Below, one piece after another: positions 40,803 to 50,849 of a stretch of 64,000 nt of DNA (position 1 is the first letter of the stretch; each line of letters opens with the position of its first letter). Both the position numbers and the translations under genes were made by a program. A model generated the notes under the pieces. That model was not told the DNA's origin, made no database searches, and saw only the letters and a list, made by a program, of their open reading frames with translations. The DNA is from Vairimorpha necatrix (Eukaryota), in contig CP142733.1 in assembly GCA_036630325.1 (NCBI GenBank), forward strand, positions 248,001-312,000. Direction: 5' to 3'.

Positions 40803-41910
40803 GGTGCTTCTTTGGTATGCGATCAGAATTTTTTTTTAAAAAAAAATTCTGACCCCCTAAAAATGGAAAATAGTGACTTTAAAAATTCTGATCGCATACC
40901 AAAGAAAAGCACGAAAATCAAAATGCAGGCTATACAAAGGCTTTTCTATGGTATTGACGACTGTTTAAACTCATTACTTGAGTTAAAAGTCTTGAAAGAG
41001 CAAAAGACGTGCTTTAAATGCAATGAGATTTCAAATGTTGTATTATATAAGGAGAGAGAGGTTAAAAGAGTGGTATACAGGTGTTCTAATTATAAATGCA
41101 GTGCTAAAATCTCAGTTAACAAAGGAAGCAAGTTACCTTTATATAATTTTTGTGAATTAATATTTTTAATTTTGTGTAGGAGTAGTTATTTTACTTTAGA
41201 GGCAAAACTAGGAGTTTCTTCATCGACAGTTTCCGGTGCAAAAAAAAGAATTAGAGAAATTTTTAAAAACAAAATTTCTAAGAGGCTTATTATTGGTGGA
41301 CCAGGAAAAATTGTCCAAGTTGATGAGTCTGTAATTTGTAGAAGAGGTAAAATAAGAAATCCAACAAGTTATGACGATATAATCCCTGCAACTGTTTGGA
41401 TACTAGGTATAGTAGAAGCATCTAATCCTACGAACTTTTACATTACAGTGGTGGATAATAGGAAAGTCGAGTGTTTAACAGTTGCTCTAGAAGGTAAAAT
41501 AGGCGTTGGTTCGGTTTTACATAGTGATGGTCATCCGAGTTATCCAAGTTTGCACGAAATCTTTGTCTTAACATAAGGTAGTAAACCACTCTATCGTGTT
41601 TAAATCTGCAGATGGTACTCATACCAATAACAATGAGAATGTATGGTCGCAGCTAAAATCTGAAATGACCAAAGAACATGGAGTTAAACGTAATGAAATT
41701 GATTCATGGCTCAATAAATTAATATTTAGAAAAAGTTTTAGTAGAGGGGACAATTTAGAGAAGTTTTACGACTGTTATGTTGATTTATTATATAATTTAC
41801 TCAATTAAATCAAATTTATAGTATTTTTTAACGTTTTTTTCATATTTTTTTCATTTTTTTTTCCTTTAAAAGGGGGGTCTTGGTGTCCGATCGCATATCA
41901 AAGAAGCACA
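40803..41910 (+). mobile_element. Merlin transposon, nearly intact transposase
   Basis: TIR GGTGCTTCTTTG(G/A)TATGCGATC; TSD aaaattct/taaattct. Motifs VQVDES and HSDGHPSY; frameshift near 41550. Confidence 0.92.
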
Positions 41911-42812
41911 TAAATTCTTTATCATAATCTGCTATTTGCAGCTTTCATAAGCATTTCAATACTTCTTTTAAATTATTTAACTCGTTGTTCATATCATCTG
42001 TCCACTTCCAATTATCATTCTTCTCTTTTAAACCGTCTGTCAACCTAACTGTCAATCCGGCGTAATTCTTAATAAAATCTCTGAACCAACCCGTCATTCC
42101 TAAAAATCCTTTTATATCTGACGCGCATGTGGTATCGGAAACTTTGGGGCTTAATTTTCTTTATATCTGACGGTATTTTATTTTCTCCATTTAAAGTGCT
42201 CACTAATAATTTAACTTCTCGTTGACAAAATTGAACTTTATTTGCATTCAACCTCATATTGTTTTCCTTCAGTCTACTAAATACCTTTTTCACTATTTGG
42301 ACGTGTTCTTCTATCGTTCGGCTGTACAACACAATATCGTCCATATACACCTCTACTCCTTTGCCTTTCATATCTCTAAAAATTCTATCCATAATTCTCT
42401 GCAACATCTGCGGCTATTCTTATATCACATAACCATAGAGTTCCATTCATAAACCTTGCCATTGAAATCAAACGCCGTCTTATGTTTTTCCTCCTCCTCT
42501 ATCTCTATACTATAGAAAGCTTCTTATAAATCGAAAGCCGTCATATATTTTGCACCTTGCGTAGCCCTTACAACATCTCTTATGTTAGACAATCTATACT
42601 CGTCCTTTTCTACAATATCGTTCAATGCCATCAAATTACTAACCAGTCTTATCTTCCCACTTGGCTTTCTGATTGACCTTATAGGATTCCTCCAACTTGA
42701 ATTTGACTCTCTTATCACTTTCCTTTTTTATTAATCTTTTAAATATAACTCTGCATCTTTTATCAACGCCTGCGGAACCATTTGTCCCTTTTTAAATACC
42801 TTCCTACCCGCT

Positions 42813-43694
42813 TCAGGGTGCTTCTCCGTTTTGCTGCCCTAAAAAAATGGGGCAGCAAAAATAAAAAAAAATATATTTTATAAAATCAATTAGAACATCC
42901 ATTTCCTCATTCTTGAATACGTTATTTAAAAAATTTTTTCTAAAAGTAAATTCTTCGAGCCAAGATTCGATATTCACACGTTTTACTCCGTGCTGTTTAG
43001 TCATTTCAGATTTCATACCAGACCCAAAATTCTCAATATTATTAGTATGAAAACCTTCTTCATTAGTAAATCCTATTGAATGATTTACAATAATGTGTTT
43101 GAGTTTTAGATTCGCTGCTACACCGGGATAACTAGGATGGCCATCCGAAATAAGAACTGATCCCGGTAAGACTATATCTTCTATTATCTTTGTTAAAGTA
43201 TTTATCTTTCGATCCGGAACTTGCACTATACAAAATTTTTTTCTATCTACAGCTTCTATTAACCCCAAAATCCATACAGTATCTTTAATTCCATCATCTG
43301 CTCTAGATGGAACTCTAATAGTTCCTCTTCTACACAGTACAGTTTCATCAACTTGAACTCCCGATCCACCGATTTTGCAATCGGTTTCCAATTTCTTTCT
43401 AATATATTCCCTCAATTTAAGCTTTATTTTTAAAATAGTGTCATTTGACACACACGTTAAACATTTAATTAATCTATAATTGCTGTTACAAAGGACCAAG
43501 AACACAACAAAAAGAAAAAATTCAAATGACAATTTAATCCCAGGTAAAAAGCTGTTTTTGGCCCTGCATTGTTGTCTCATACACCTATAAACTAATCTTT
43601 CCTTTCCCCTTTCCAATAATATTGTAAGCTTTGCAACAACATGATCATAAAAACCACATCGTCTAATCAAATTAATAATTCCAGTCTCTATCAT
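42813..43694 (-). CDS. Merlin/IS1595-family DDE transposase (termini probably frameshifted)
   Basis: 293-aa ORF with VQVDETVL, ISDGHPSY and HTNNIEN. A CCCC-proximal ATG at 43762 is out of frame with it. Confidence 0.8.
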   Translation of the reverse strand: MIETGIINLIRRCGFYDHVVAKLTILLERGKERLVYRCMRQQCRAKNSFLPGIKLSFEFFLFVVFLVLCNSNYRLIKCLTCVSNDTILKIKLKLREYIRKKLETDCKIGGSGVQVDETVLCRRGTIRVPSRADDGIKDTVWILGLIEAVDRKKFCIVQVPDRKINTLTKIIEDIVLPGSVLISDGHPSYPGVAANLKLKHIIVNHSIGFTNEEGFHTNNIENFGSGMKSEMTKQHGVKRVNIESWLEEFTFRKNFLNNVFKNEEMDVLIDFIKYIFFYFCCPIFLGQQNGEAP

Positions 43695-43860
43695 GTAGTC
43701 TTTACATGAGGCAAGCTGGAAAACAAAGGATGTCTAAAATTATAAAAGTTTCTTTTTGTCATTTTTGGGGCTTTTTTTAAAAAAAATAAAAATTATTAAA
43801 TTTTTGCTTTTCTCCGTTTTGCTGCCCCCCAAAAATGGGGCAGCAAAACGGAGAAGCGCC
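42817..43860 (-). mobile_element. Merlin transposon with hairpin-forming ends
   Basis: TIR GG(T/C)GCTTCTCCGTTTTGCTGCCCC; perfect TSD CGCTTCAG. Confidence 0.95.
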
Positions 43861-44372
43861 CGCTTCAGTATTAATTTTACATTTTTCCAGTTTACAATAT
43901 TTTATCTCCTCTTTTCTTAATCTAAAAACCTCTCCAAAACTCTTCGCATACTTATATAAATTCAATCTGATTCTCTTACTCTCCTCTTTAACATCATATT
44001 CTTTTTGATTTTTTTCAAATTTGACTCTAAGTCCTCTTTTTGATCTTCAAAAATCTCGCTCCTTATTGACTCTGATTCACTACCTACTTCTATTTTACAA
44101 CTTTGTCCTTGTTATTAAATTTAAAATAATTATCTCTATTAATCTTCAGTCTGCATTCAAACCCCCTATGCCCCTGTCTATCACAATAGAAGCATCTCGG
44201 TACTCTCAATTTTTGTCTGGGTTGTTCTCTACTAATTTCTTCATTTTTAGTCCTAGAAATAAATTATCTCATTTCCTCATATCTCTTCTCTTCCTCCTCT
44301 ATTTCCTTAATTCTCAACAATAGCTTCTTCCTTATTCCTTCAATATTTTCTTCCTTTTTATTATTTCTCAGA

Positions 44373-45643
44373 GGCCAATTTTCACTTTATGCCCCCTACA
44401 TATATAAATACAAATTTTTAAAAAATATCCCTTTTTTAGAAAATCAAAATGGAAAAAAAGGAGGAGAAATACTTAAAATAATAATTTATTAAAACATCAA
44501 AATAATTGTCTTTTGAGTTTTTAAGCAACATAAATCTTAACAAATAGGGATATATTAAACAAGTTGTTCTACATCTTATCGGCGTTTGGCGTTTTATAGC
44601 TGACCAATTCCCTTCTATGGTGTTAGTGTGGACACCTGTAATGGGATCTTTAAACCATTTGCTATGGTTAACAGTTATGTGGCTTGCAATTATCTGGTTC
44701 ATTTTTTAATATCCTTTTCACATATCAGAATAAACAGTGGATTGATTATTAATATATGTGGCAATAAGATTTAATAGGATATTTTTAGTTCTATTAGGTA
44801 CAGGAATTAATAAAAATTTTCTTCTTTAGTCCGTTCGACCATCCCCCAAACCCATATACTGTCTACTTTGTGTCCAACGTTGTATTTACGTTTTCCAAAT
44901 TTGCTTCCGTCTACTTCTACGATTGTATCCTTACCGCCCAGTGTCTCTCTTGCACTTTCCATGTATTTATGGTAAGCCTCGTCCAAACAAAACTGTTGAA
45001 GGCACCTCGATACAACACATGGGGGAATATATAACAACTTGGCGATTAGTAGAGGTGGGATTTTTGTGAGCCAGAGGTTCAGGATCTTTAACATAAGTAT
45101 ATGATCCAAGTGGGGGTTTGCAAATATGGTATTTGCAAAAAGGCTTCTCTCTTTTTGCACTTTTTACCAATGCATCTGATATTGTAACTCCTTTGCTGTC
45201 TCTTCCTAACTTCTTTCCCGCATTTGAAACATTTTACTTAAAGAAGTTTATAAATAATTTCTTCGTATGTTTTATTTATTTCTTCGTTAGTAAGCATAAA
45301 AATGGGGTATTAAAATTAAATTTTTTAAAATTGCTACAAAATCGTTGTAATAAGTTCAAATAAATGAATTTATTGTATGGGTTCATTACTTATTATTATT
45401 TATGATAATTAAAATATAAAGTAAAAAATTTGGATCGTATAATGACATATAGAGTTAAATTTATATTTGTATAATAAAATTGACATGATTCATATATTTA
45501 TTTTTGTATATTAGATTATTTTTAAGTACTTGTTTTAATTTTTTTTTCTCCTCCTTTTTTTCCATTTTGATTTTCTAAAAAAGGGATATTTTTTAAAAAT
45601 TTGTATTTATATATGTAGGGGGGGCATAAAGTGAAAAAGCTCC
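44373..45643 (-). mobile_element. Merlin transposon with long (~90 bp) TIRs
   Basis: Perfect TSD TTCTCAGA; TIR ..TTTTCACTTTATGCCCCC; motifs VEVDGSKFGKRKY and HTNTIEGNW. Confidence 0.93.
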
Positions 45644-46245
45644 TTCTCAGAATAAAATCTTTTAAATCTATCGAAGCCAACTTGAACAGCTCACTCTTCC
45701 ATTTCTCTCTATCCACATCTCTCAAATCCAATTCATACAATATACGCTCTAACTTCTGTAACATCTTTCTGACCACTTGGCTACAGTCCCCTTTTGTGAA
45801 CTCTTCTTTAGGTATCCCCCATATAAGTGCTTAACATAATTAGGGTTGAATATTATTACTGAATATAACAATATATTACATTTTATTGTTACTATTAAAT
45901 CAAAAAAAAATACATTTCAATTATTATTTAAACTTCGTCATCTAAAACAAATTAATCATAAATTTTTGCAATTAAGACTAGTAATTTTGCCAAACTATAA
46001 TTTTGTCATCAGTTACGTTCCTTCTAAATTTTAAAAAATAACAATTTAAACTCATAATTTTTATAAAAAATTACACGAGTCAATATTTTAAAAAAATTAA
46101 AACTCGCATGTACTGTTGTTTTTTGTTCTTGATAATGTTGAAAGATTACTCAATAAATTATGTCTTCGATAATTTATACAACAAGTAGCATGTATATGAC
46201 TTCTTTAAAAAAAACCATTATTTTTAATCATTAAAAAAATATAAA

Positions 46246-49200
46246 TGATGTATCCCACTCTGAAATACGTCTCCAAAATACTTTTATTAAAATTCAGTTT
46301 ATTATTAATATTTTTATTGTTTAATCCAGGTCTGTCCCCGGTCGTTGTTCGGTCTGTTTCCTTAATTCTTTGTTGGTTGTGTTTCATCTTGTATTGTGTG
46401 GGTCAGGGTCTATTTTTTATTTATAGCTTTTATTGTTTATTTGGTACCCAAACAAACAAACAAAACAAAACAAAACAAAATTAATAAATGTGTGGATCTT
46501 TAAGCAAGGATACCACAACCTGCCCTCTCCATTCTCAGGCCTGCAAATCAGTTGGTTTCGTTTTTATATTGTCAACATGTATCCACTCCTTCCTTTCGTT
46601 AATTTTTATCCAATTCTTTTTCTTACTCACTTCTGTAACCATGTAAGGCCCAACGTAACAATCGTCAATCTTATTGCCTGTAAAATTCTCGACAAATATG
46701 GTATCTCCAACCTCTAAGGTGTTGTGCTCTTTGCTACTGATATTTTCGGCCGCTCTGTCGCCTTTCTCGTCCGACCTTATTGTTATTTTAGGTTTATGAT
46801 CTTTAATTATTCTGTCCATGTCTAAGGCTGAATATCCTCTTAACACTGCATATGGTTGTTCTTGAATTCCCCTATGAAAATTTATATTTAGTCGTCTCAT
46901 AATTAATTTTGTGACCAAATTTATTTCTTCGCCTTTATACATTCTGAGAACTTCGGCTATGGTCTGATTAAGCCTCTCGCTTATTCCGTTGGACGAAGGG
47001 TGATATGCTGGCGTCGCTATTTTCTTGATATTATTTTTTGTTAAGAATCGATCAAATTCCGCACTTGTATACTGCTTACCGTTATCACAGATTAATGTTT
47101 GCGGGTAACCAAATTTCGTAAACCATTTCTCAAACTCTCTCGTCAGTTCTTTAGTGGTTGATTTCTCCAATAGTGTTACTCGCGTGTATCTACTGTATAT
47201 ATCTGTTATTGTAAGAAAGAATCCCCGTGTACTAAGTAACGAATTTTCGTACTCTGCCAACTCGAAGGGACCAAAAATGTCTGTGCTAATCTTATCCATC
47301 AGCTTATCTGACTCAATTTTATACTTCTTCTTTTTTCGTGTTTTCATCCTTTTGCATATTATGCAAGTTTTACAATTTTTAACTGTTTCTGAAATCTTTC
47401 GTTTAATGTCTTTTATGTTATAGACATTTCTGATGTTCTGATACATTACGGTTACTCCGGGATGAACAGTAAATTCATGTATTATCTTCAGAAATTCCTT
47501 AACGTTGTTGTCTTGTATTATATATCGATTATTCTCGTCTTTTAATTGTTTTCCATTTTCTTGTACTACCAACTTTTTCCTTATATATTTTTTTAGATCT
47601 TCCATGTCCTCGAATTTATCTATCATATAACAACGTGATAGTTTATCGGCTATGTGATTAGATGATCCTTCAATCGTGGTCAGTTCTACATCGTATTCGT
47701 TTAGAATCAATTTCCATCGTTCGGTTCTTTTTGAAATTTCCTTATTTTCAAATATGCAATTTCTACTATCAGTCTGTATTTCTATCTTGTATCCCTGTAT
47801 TAATGTTCTGTAAAATTCCAATGTTTTAACGATGGCAAACATTTCTTTCTCTACAATCGTATAATTAAGCTCAGACTGCGAAAATTTTCTGCTATAATAG
47901 CCTATTACGCCGCGTTCTTGGAATAAGACTGCTCCCATCCCGTTATTTGACGCGTCGCATTGTATTGAGAACTTTTTGCTAAAGTCGGGCAGTCTTAGCT
48001 GTGCCGTAGTTTTGATCTCTTCTTTTATCTCTTTTAACGCCAAGTTTTGGGCGTCTCCCCATTTCTCTTTGCAATCATTTTTCAATAGGCGCGATATACA
48101 AGAGACTCGCCTACTTACATCTGGTAAGAAATTGCGATACCAGGTGATTATTCCCATTATCTTCTGTATATCCTTTTTCCTGCATGGGATTGACTCTTCG
48201 TTTAATAGCTTATCGATATTTTTAGTATCTATTCTGATCCTGTCGTTTTCAATCACGTTTCCAAGTATTTCTAGTCTCTTGGTTGCAAACATGCTTTTTT
48301 CAAAATTTATTTTAACTCTGTAGTCCATTAGTCGGTTTAATACCTCTAGTAATTTCTCATTATGTTCTTCAGGAGTTGACCCATATATCACTATGTCGTC
48401 TATATAAACGATTATATTTTCGATTCCGTGTAATATATAATTAATCGTCTTTTGGAATAATTTGGGTCCTGATTTTATTCCAAATGGTATTCGTTTATAT
48501 CTGTATTGTTCTCCAAAAATCGTAAAGCTTGTAATGTCTCTGCTACTCTCTTCAAGTTCTAGTTGGTTAAACCCGTTTTTTAAATCAATTTTGCTGTAAT
48601 AAGTGTTTCCTCCAAGTTTATATAAACTTTCAAAAATTTTTGGTATTATACATATTTCATCTTTTATAAATTTGTTAACTGTACGATAATCAACTACTAA
48701 CCTCAGTTCCTTATTTTTCTTTTCGATAAAAAATGAAGGGCTAGCATAATAGTTTCTACCTCGTTCAATGATATCGTTAGTCAGTAACCTTGATATTTCC
48801 TTTCTAGCATCAGCCTCGTACTTTACTGGTACGGTATAGTATTTAAGTTCCAGTCTATGGTCTCTAATTTTTTCATCAATATAAAGGCTTAGCGGTTCTA
48901 CCTTAATTTTATCATGTTCTTCATTCTTTTTTATATATTCGGTCAATCTACGTGGTATGTTCGTTTCATTTAAAATTTTCGGTTCTTTTATTAATAAAAT
49001 TCTGTCATAAAGTATAGCATCTATTTCATCTGTTTCTATCTCTTCTGCGCCGATCATTGGTAAAATAGCGTTGTTTACAATGATTCTTTTGTTTTTATAG
49101 TCAAGTAACCAGCCGTTGTTTAGTAAAAAATCACTTCCTAAGATCATTTTTTCTGGCAAATTCTTGAGAATATGTACATCTTCATAAGTCACTTTATTTA

Positions 49201-50507
49201 GTCCCGCGAGTCTTATTTCCACTCTGGCTTTTTTATTAGTCTTTCCTTTTGCTCCGTTCCCAAATATAAGTGATATTTCGTCAGTTTCTTGTGTCTTTAT
49301 TTTTAACTTATCAGCTATTTCGGCACTCATAAAGCTCTTATTCGCTCCGCTATCGATCATTATGTCAATTGGAGTTTCGTTGATGGATCCTCTTAATTGA
49401 GTCTTCTCAAAATTCTGAACGTTTTCCTTTATAAAGTACACGTTTCTATTGTCTTTATTATCGTTATTTCTTTTGTAAAAATCCTTATCATATTTAGTGC
49501 ATTCCTCAGTGGTGTGGTTAGAATATTTATGCAACTTGCAGTATTTGTCTTTTTTAAATTCTGAATGGTTATTATGCATTGGTTTATTATCATTACTATT
49601 GATGCTGCGAAATTCTCTAATCTCTTTAGCTCTTATCGAAATTTTTATTTCTAAGCCCTTTAAAAATTCAAATGAAGCTTGGTAACTACCGAAACCATAT
49701 TCCAGTACTCTTCCGTACGTGAACTTCCCCAAGCCGGCATGGAAAGCTTCCTCAAATAGTCTGTCAACCTCTTCATCCATTAGTTTTTCCATTGTCCTTA
49801 CGATAGTTAGATTCTGTTTAATCGCGTCATAGTATTCTTGAATTTTCGTATAGTTTGTCTGGTGTATATTTAACAATTTTCTTCTGTAGTATCTTCGTTC
49901 CTCTAAAGGAAATTTAACCGAAATCAAATATTCCTTAATCTCATTCCATGTTTCATATTTATTGTAGTCCATAAGTTTATCATCTTTTATCAGTTGTCTT
50001 AATATTGCTAACTGTATTCTTTTATCCCATTTGTTAACTTCTATTAATGTTTCAATTTCTTGGCACCATTTTAAGATGTCCAAACTGTCGATGTCTTCTA
50101 TAATTTTTATTTCTTGGCCAAGTTTGTCTTCTAGTCCTTCTATCTTCATTGAGAAGGTTAGTGATTTAGTGTTAAATTGCTGTTCTTTTTTCTTCTTATC
50201 GTATTCTTTTGGGTTCTCGTCTTTTGAGCTCAAATTGATGTATCCCACTCTGAAATACGTCTCCAAAATACTTTTATTAAAATTCAGTTTATTATTAATA
50301 TTTTTATTGTTTAATCCAGGTCTGTCCCCGGTCGTTGTTCGGTCTGTTTCCTTAATTCTTTGTTGGTTGTGTTTCATCTTGTATTGTGTGGGTCAGGGTC
50401 TATTTTTTATTTATAGCTTTTATTGTTTATTTGGTACCCAAACAAACAAACAAAACAAAACAAAACAAAATTAATAAATGTGTGGATCTTTAAGCAAGGA
50501 TACCACA
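46246..50507 (-). mobile_element. Intact young Ty3/gypsy retrotransposon (4262 bp)
   Basis: Two 272-bp LTRs (46246-46517 and 50236-50507), identical by inspection, TG...CA; TSD ATAAA; PPT GGAGAGGGCAGG. Confidence 0.98.
46535..50377 (-). CDS. Single Gag-Pol polyprotein (Gag with CHHC knuckle, PR, RT, RNase H, IN with GPY motif), 1280 aa
   Basis: Motifs CKLHKYSNHTTEEC, IDSGA, RLVVDYR, YIDD, DASNNG, EKEMFA, ADKLSR, H..H..CKTC, CDNGKQY, SNGISER and GPY, in gypsy domain order. Confidence 0.97.
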   Translation of the reverse strand: MKHNQQRIKETDRTTTGDRPGLNNKNINNKLNFNKSILETYFRVGYINLSSKDENPKEYDKKKKEQQFNTKSLTFSMKIEGLEDKLGQEIKIIEDIDSLDILKWCQEIETLIEVNKWDKRIQLAILRQLIKDDKLMDYNKYETWNEIKEYLISVKFPLEERRYYRRKLLNIHQTNYTKIQEYYDAIKQNLTIVRTMEKLMDEEVDRLFEEAFHAGLGKFTYGRVLEYGFGSYQASFEFLKGLEIKISIRAKEIREFRSINSNDNKPMHNNHSEFKKDKYCKLHKYSNHTTEECTKYDKDFYKRNNDNKDNRNVYFIKENVQNFEKTQLRGSINETPIDIMIDSGANKSFMSAEIADKLKIKTQETDEISLIFGNGAKGKTNKKARVEIRLAGLNKVTYEDVHILKNLPEKMILGSDFLLNNGWLLDYKNKRIIVNNAILPMIGAEEIETDEIDAILYDRILLIKEPKILNETNIPRRLTEYIKKNEEHDKIKVEPLSLYIDEKIRDHRLELKYYTVPVKYEADARKEISRLLTNDIIERGRNYYASPSFFIEKKNKELRLVVDYRTVNKFIKDEICIIPKIFESLYKLGGNTYYSKIDLKNGFNQLELEESSRDITSFTIFGEQYRYKRIPFGIKSGPKLFQKTINYILHGIENIIVYIDDIVIYGSTPEEHNEKLLEVLNRLMDYRVKINFEKSMFATKRLEILGNVIENDRIRIDTKNIDKLLNEESIPCRKKDIQKIMGIITWYRNFLPDVSRRVSCISRLLKNDCKEKWGDAQNLALKEIKEEIKTTAQLRLPDFSKKFSIQCDASNNGMGAVLFQERGVIGYYSRKFSQSELNYTIVEKEMFAIVKTLEFYRTLIQGYKIEIQTDSRNCIFENKEISKRTERWKLILNEYDVELTTIEGSSNHIADKLSRCYMIDKFEDMEDLKKYIRKKLVVQENGKQLKDENNRYIIQDNNVKEFLKIIHEFTVHPGVTVMYQNIRNVYNIKDIKRKISETVKNCKTCIICKRMKTRKKKKYKIESDKLMDKISTDIFGPFELAEYENSLLSTRGFFLTITDIYSRYTRVTLLEKSTTKELTREFEKWFTKFGYPQTLICDNGKQYTSAEFDRFLTKNNIKKIATPAYHPSSNGISERLNQTIAEVLRMYKGEEINLVTKLIMRRLNINFHRGIQEQPYAVLRGYSALDMDRIIKDHKPKITIRSDEKGDRAAENISSKEHNTLEVGDTIFVENFTGNKIDDCYVGPYMVTEVSKKKNWIKINERKEWIHVDNIKTKPTDLQA

Positions 50508-50588
50508 ATAAATTTCAACAAAGTCTACTATTTATTATGTTCTATAAATCTAATCGTTCAAACAATTTTTACACAATATAATAGTGCT

Positions 50589-50813
50589 TGTCAAGGAACA
50601 GATCTCCAAGAGGTTCTAAGATGGCCCTAGAGACCGAAGAATACTATTCTATAAGTATTCCTCCCCTTCTCCCCTTAATGTTTTTGTAGGGAAAATAGAC
50701 AATATTTTCCCACCGACAAACATAAAAAAACTCATGCCCAGAAGGGTATGAAGAAGAATAGAAATTGTAGTTAAAACATTCTTCTTGGTCTGTTGGGAAA
50801 CCAACAGACCACA
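50589..50813 (+). mobile_element. 225-bp solo LTR (family of 13031-13252)
   Basis: TG...CA termini, TSD GTGCT, colinear with 13031-13252. Confidence 0.85.
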
Positions 50814-50849
50814 GTGCTTATCATCTTTTTTGTCTTTTTACAATGCGCT

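Larger units (their letters stand above)
39294..45870 (-). mobile_element. Second minimal gypsy element (49-bp LTRs, no protease motif; ~3130 bp after removing three nested Merlins)
   Basis: LTRs 39294-39342 and 45822-45870; TSD ATATA; PPT GGGAGGGGGA; PBS TGGGGGATACC. Motifs CFYCDRQGHRGFEC, RLVSNLMALN, VYMDDIV, ETDHKAL and ADALSR, plus integrase remnants. Confidence 0.92.

Noticed and set aside
40764-41808. Bacterial IS1595/IS630 elements indicating a prokaryotic contig
   Set aside because: They are nested with TSDs inside gypsy LTR retrotransposons and use the same CCC-ATG context, so they are eukaryotic Merlin/Tc1.
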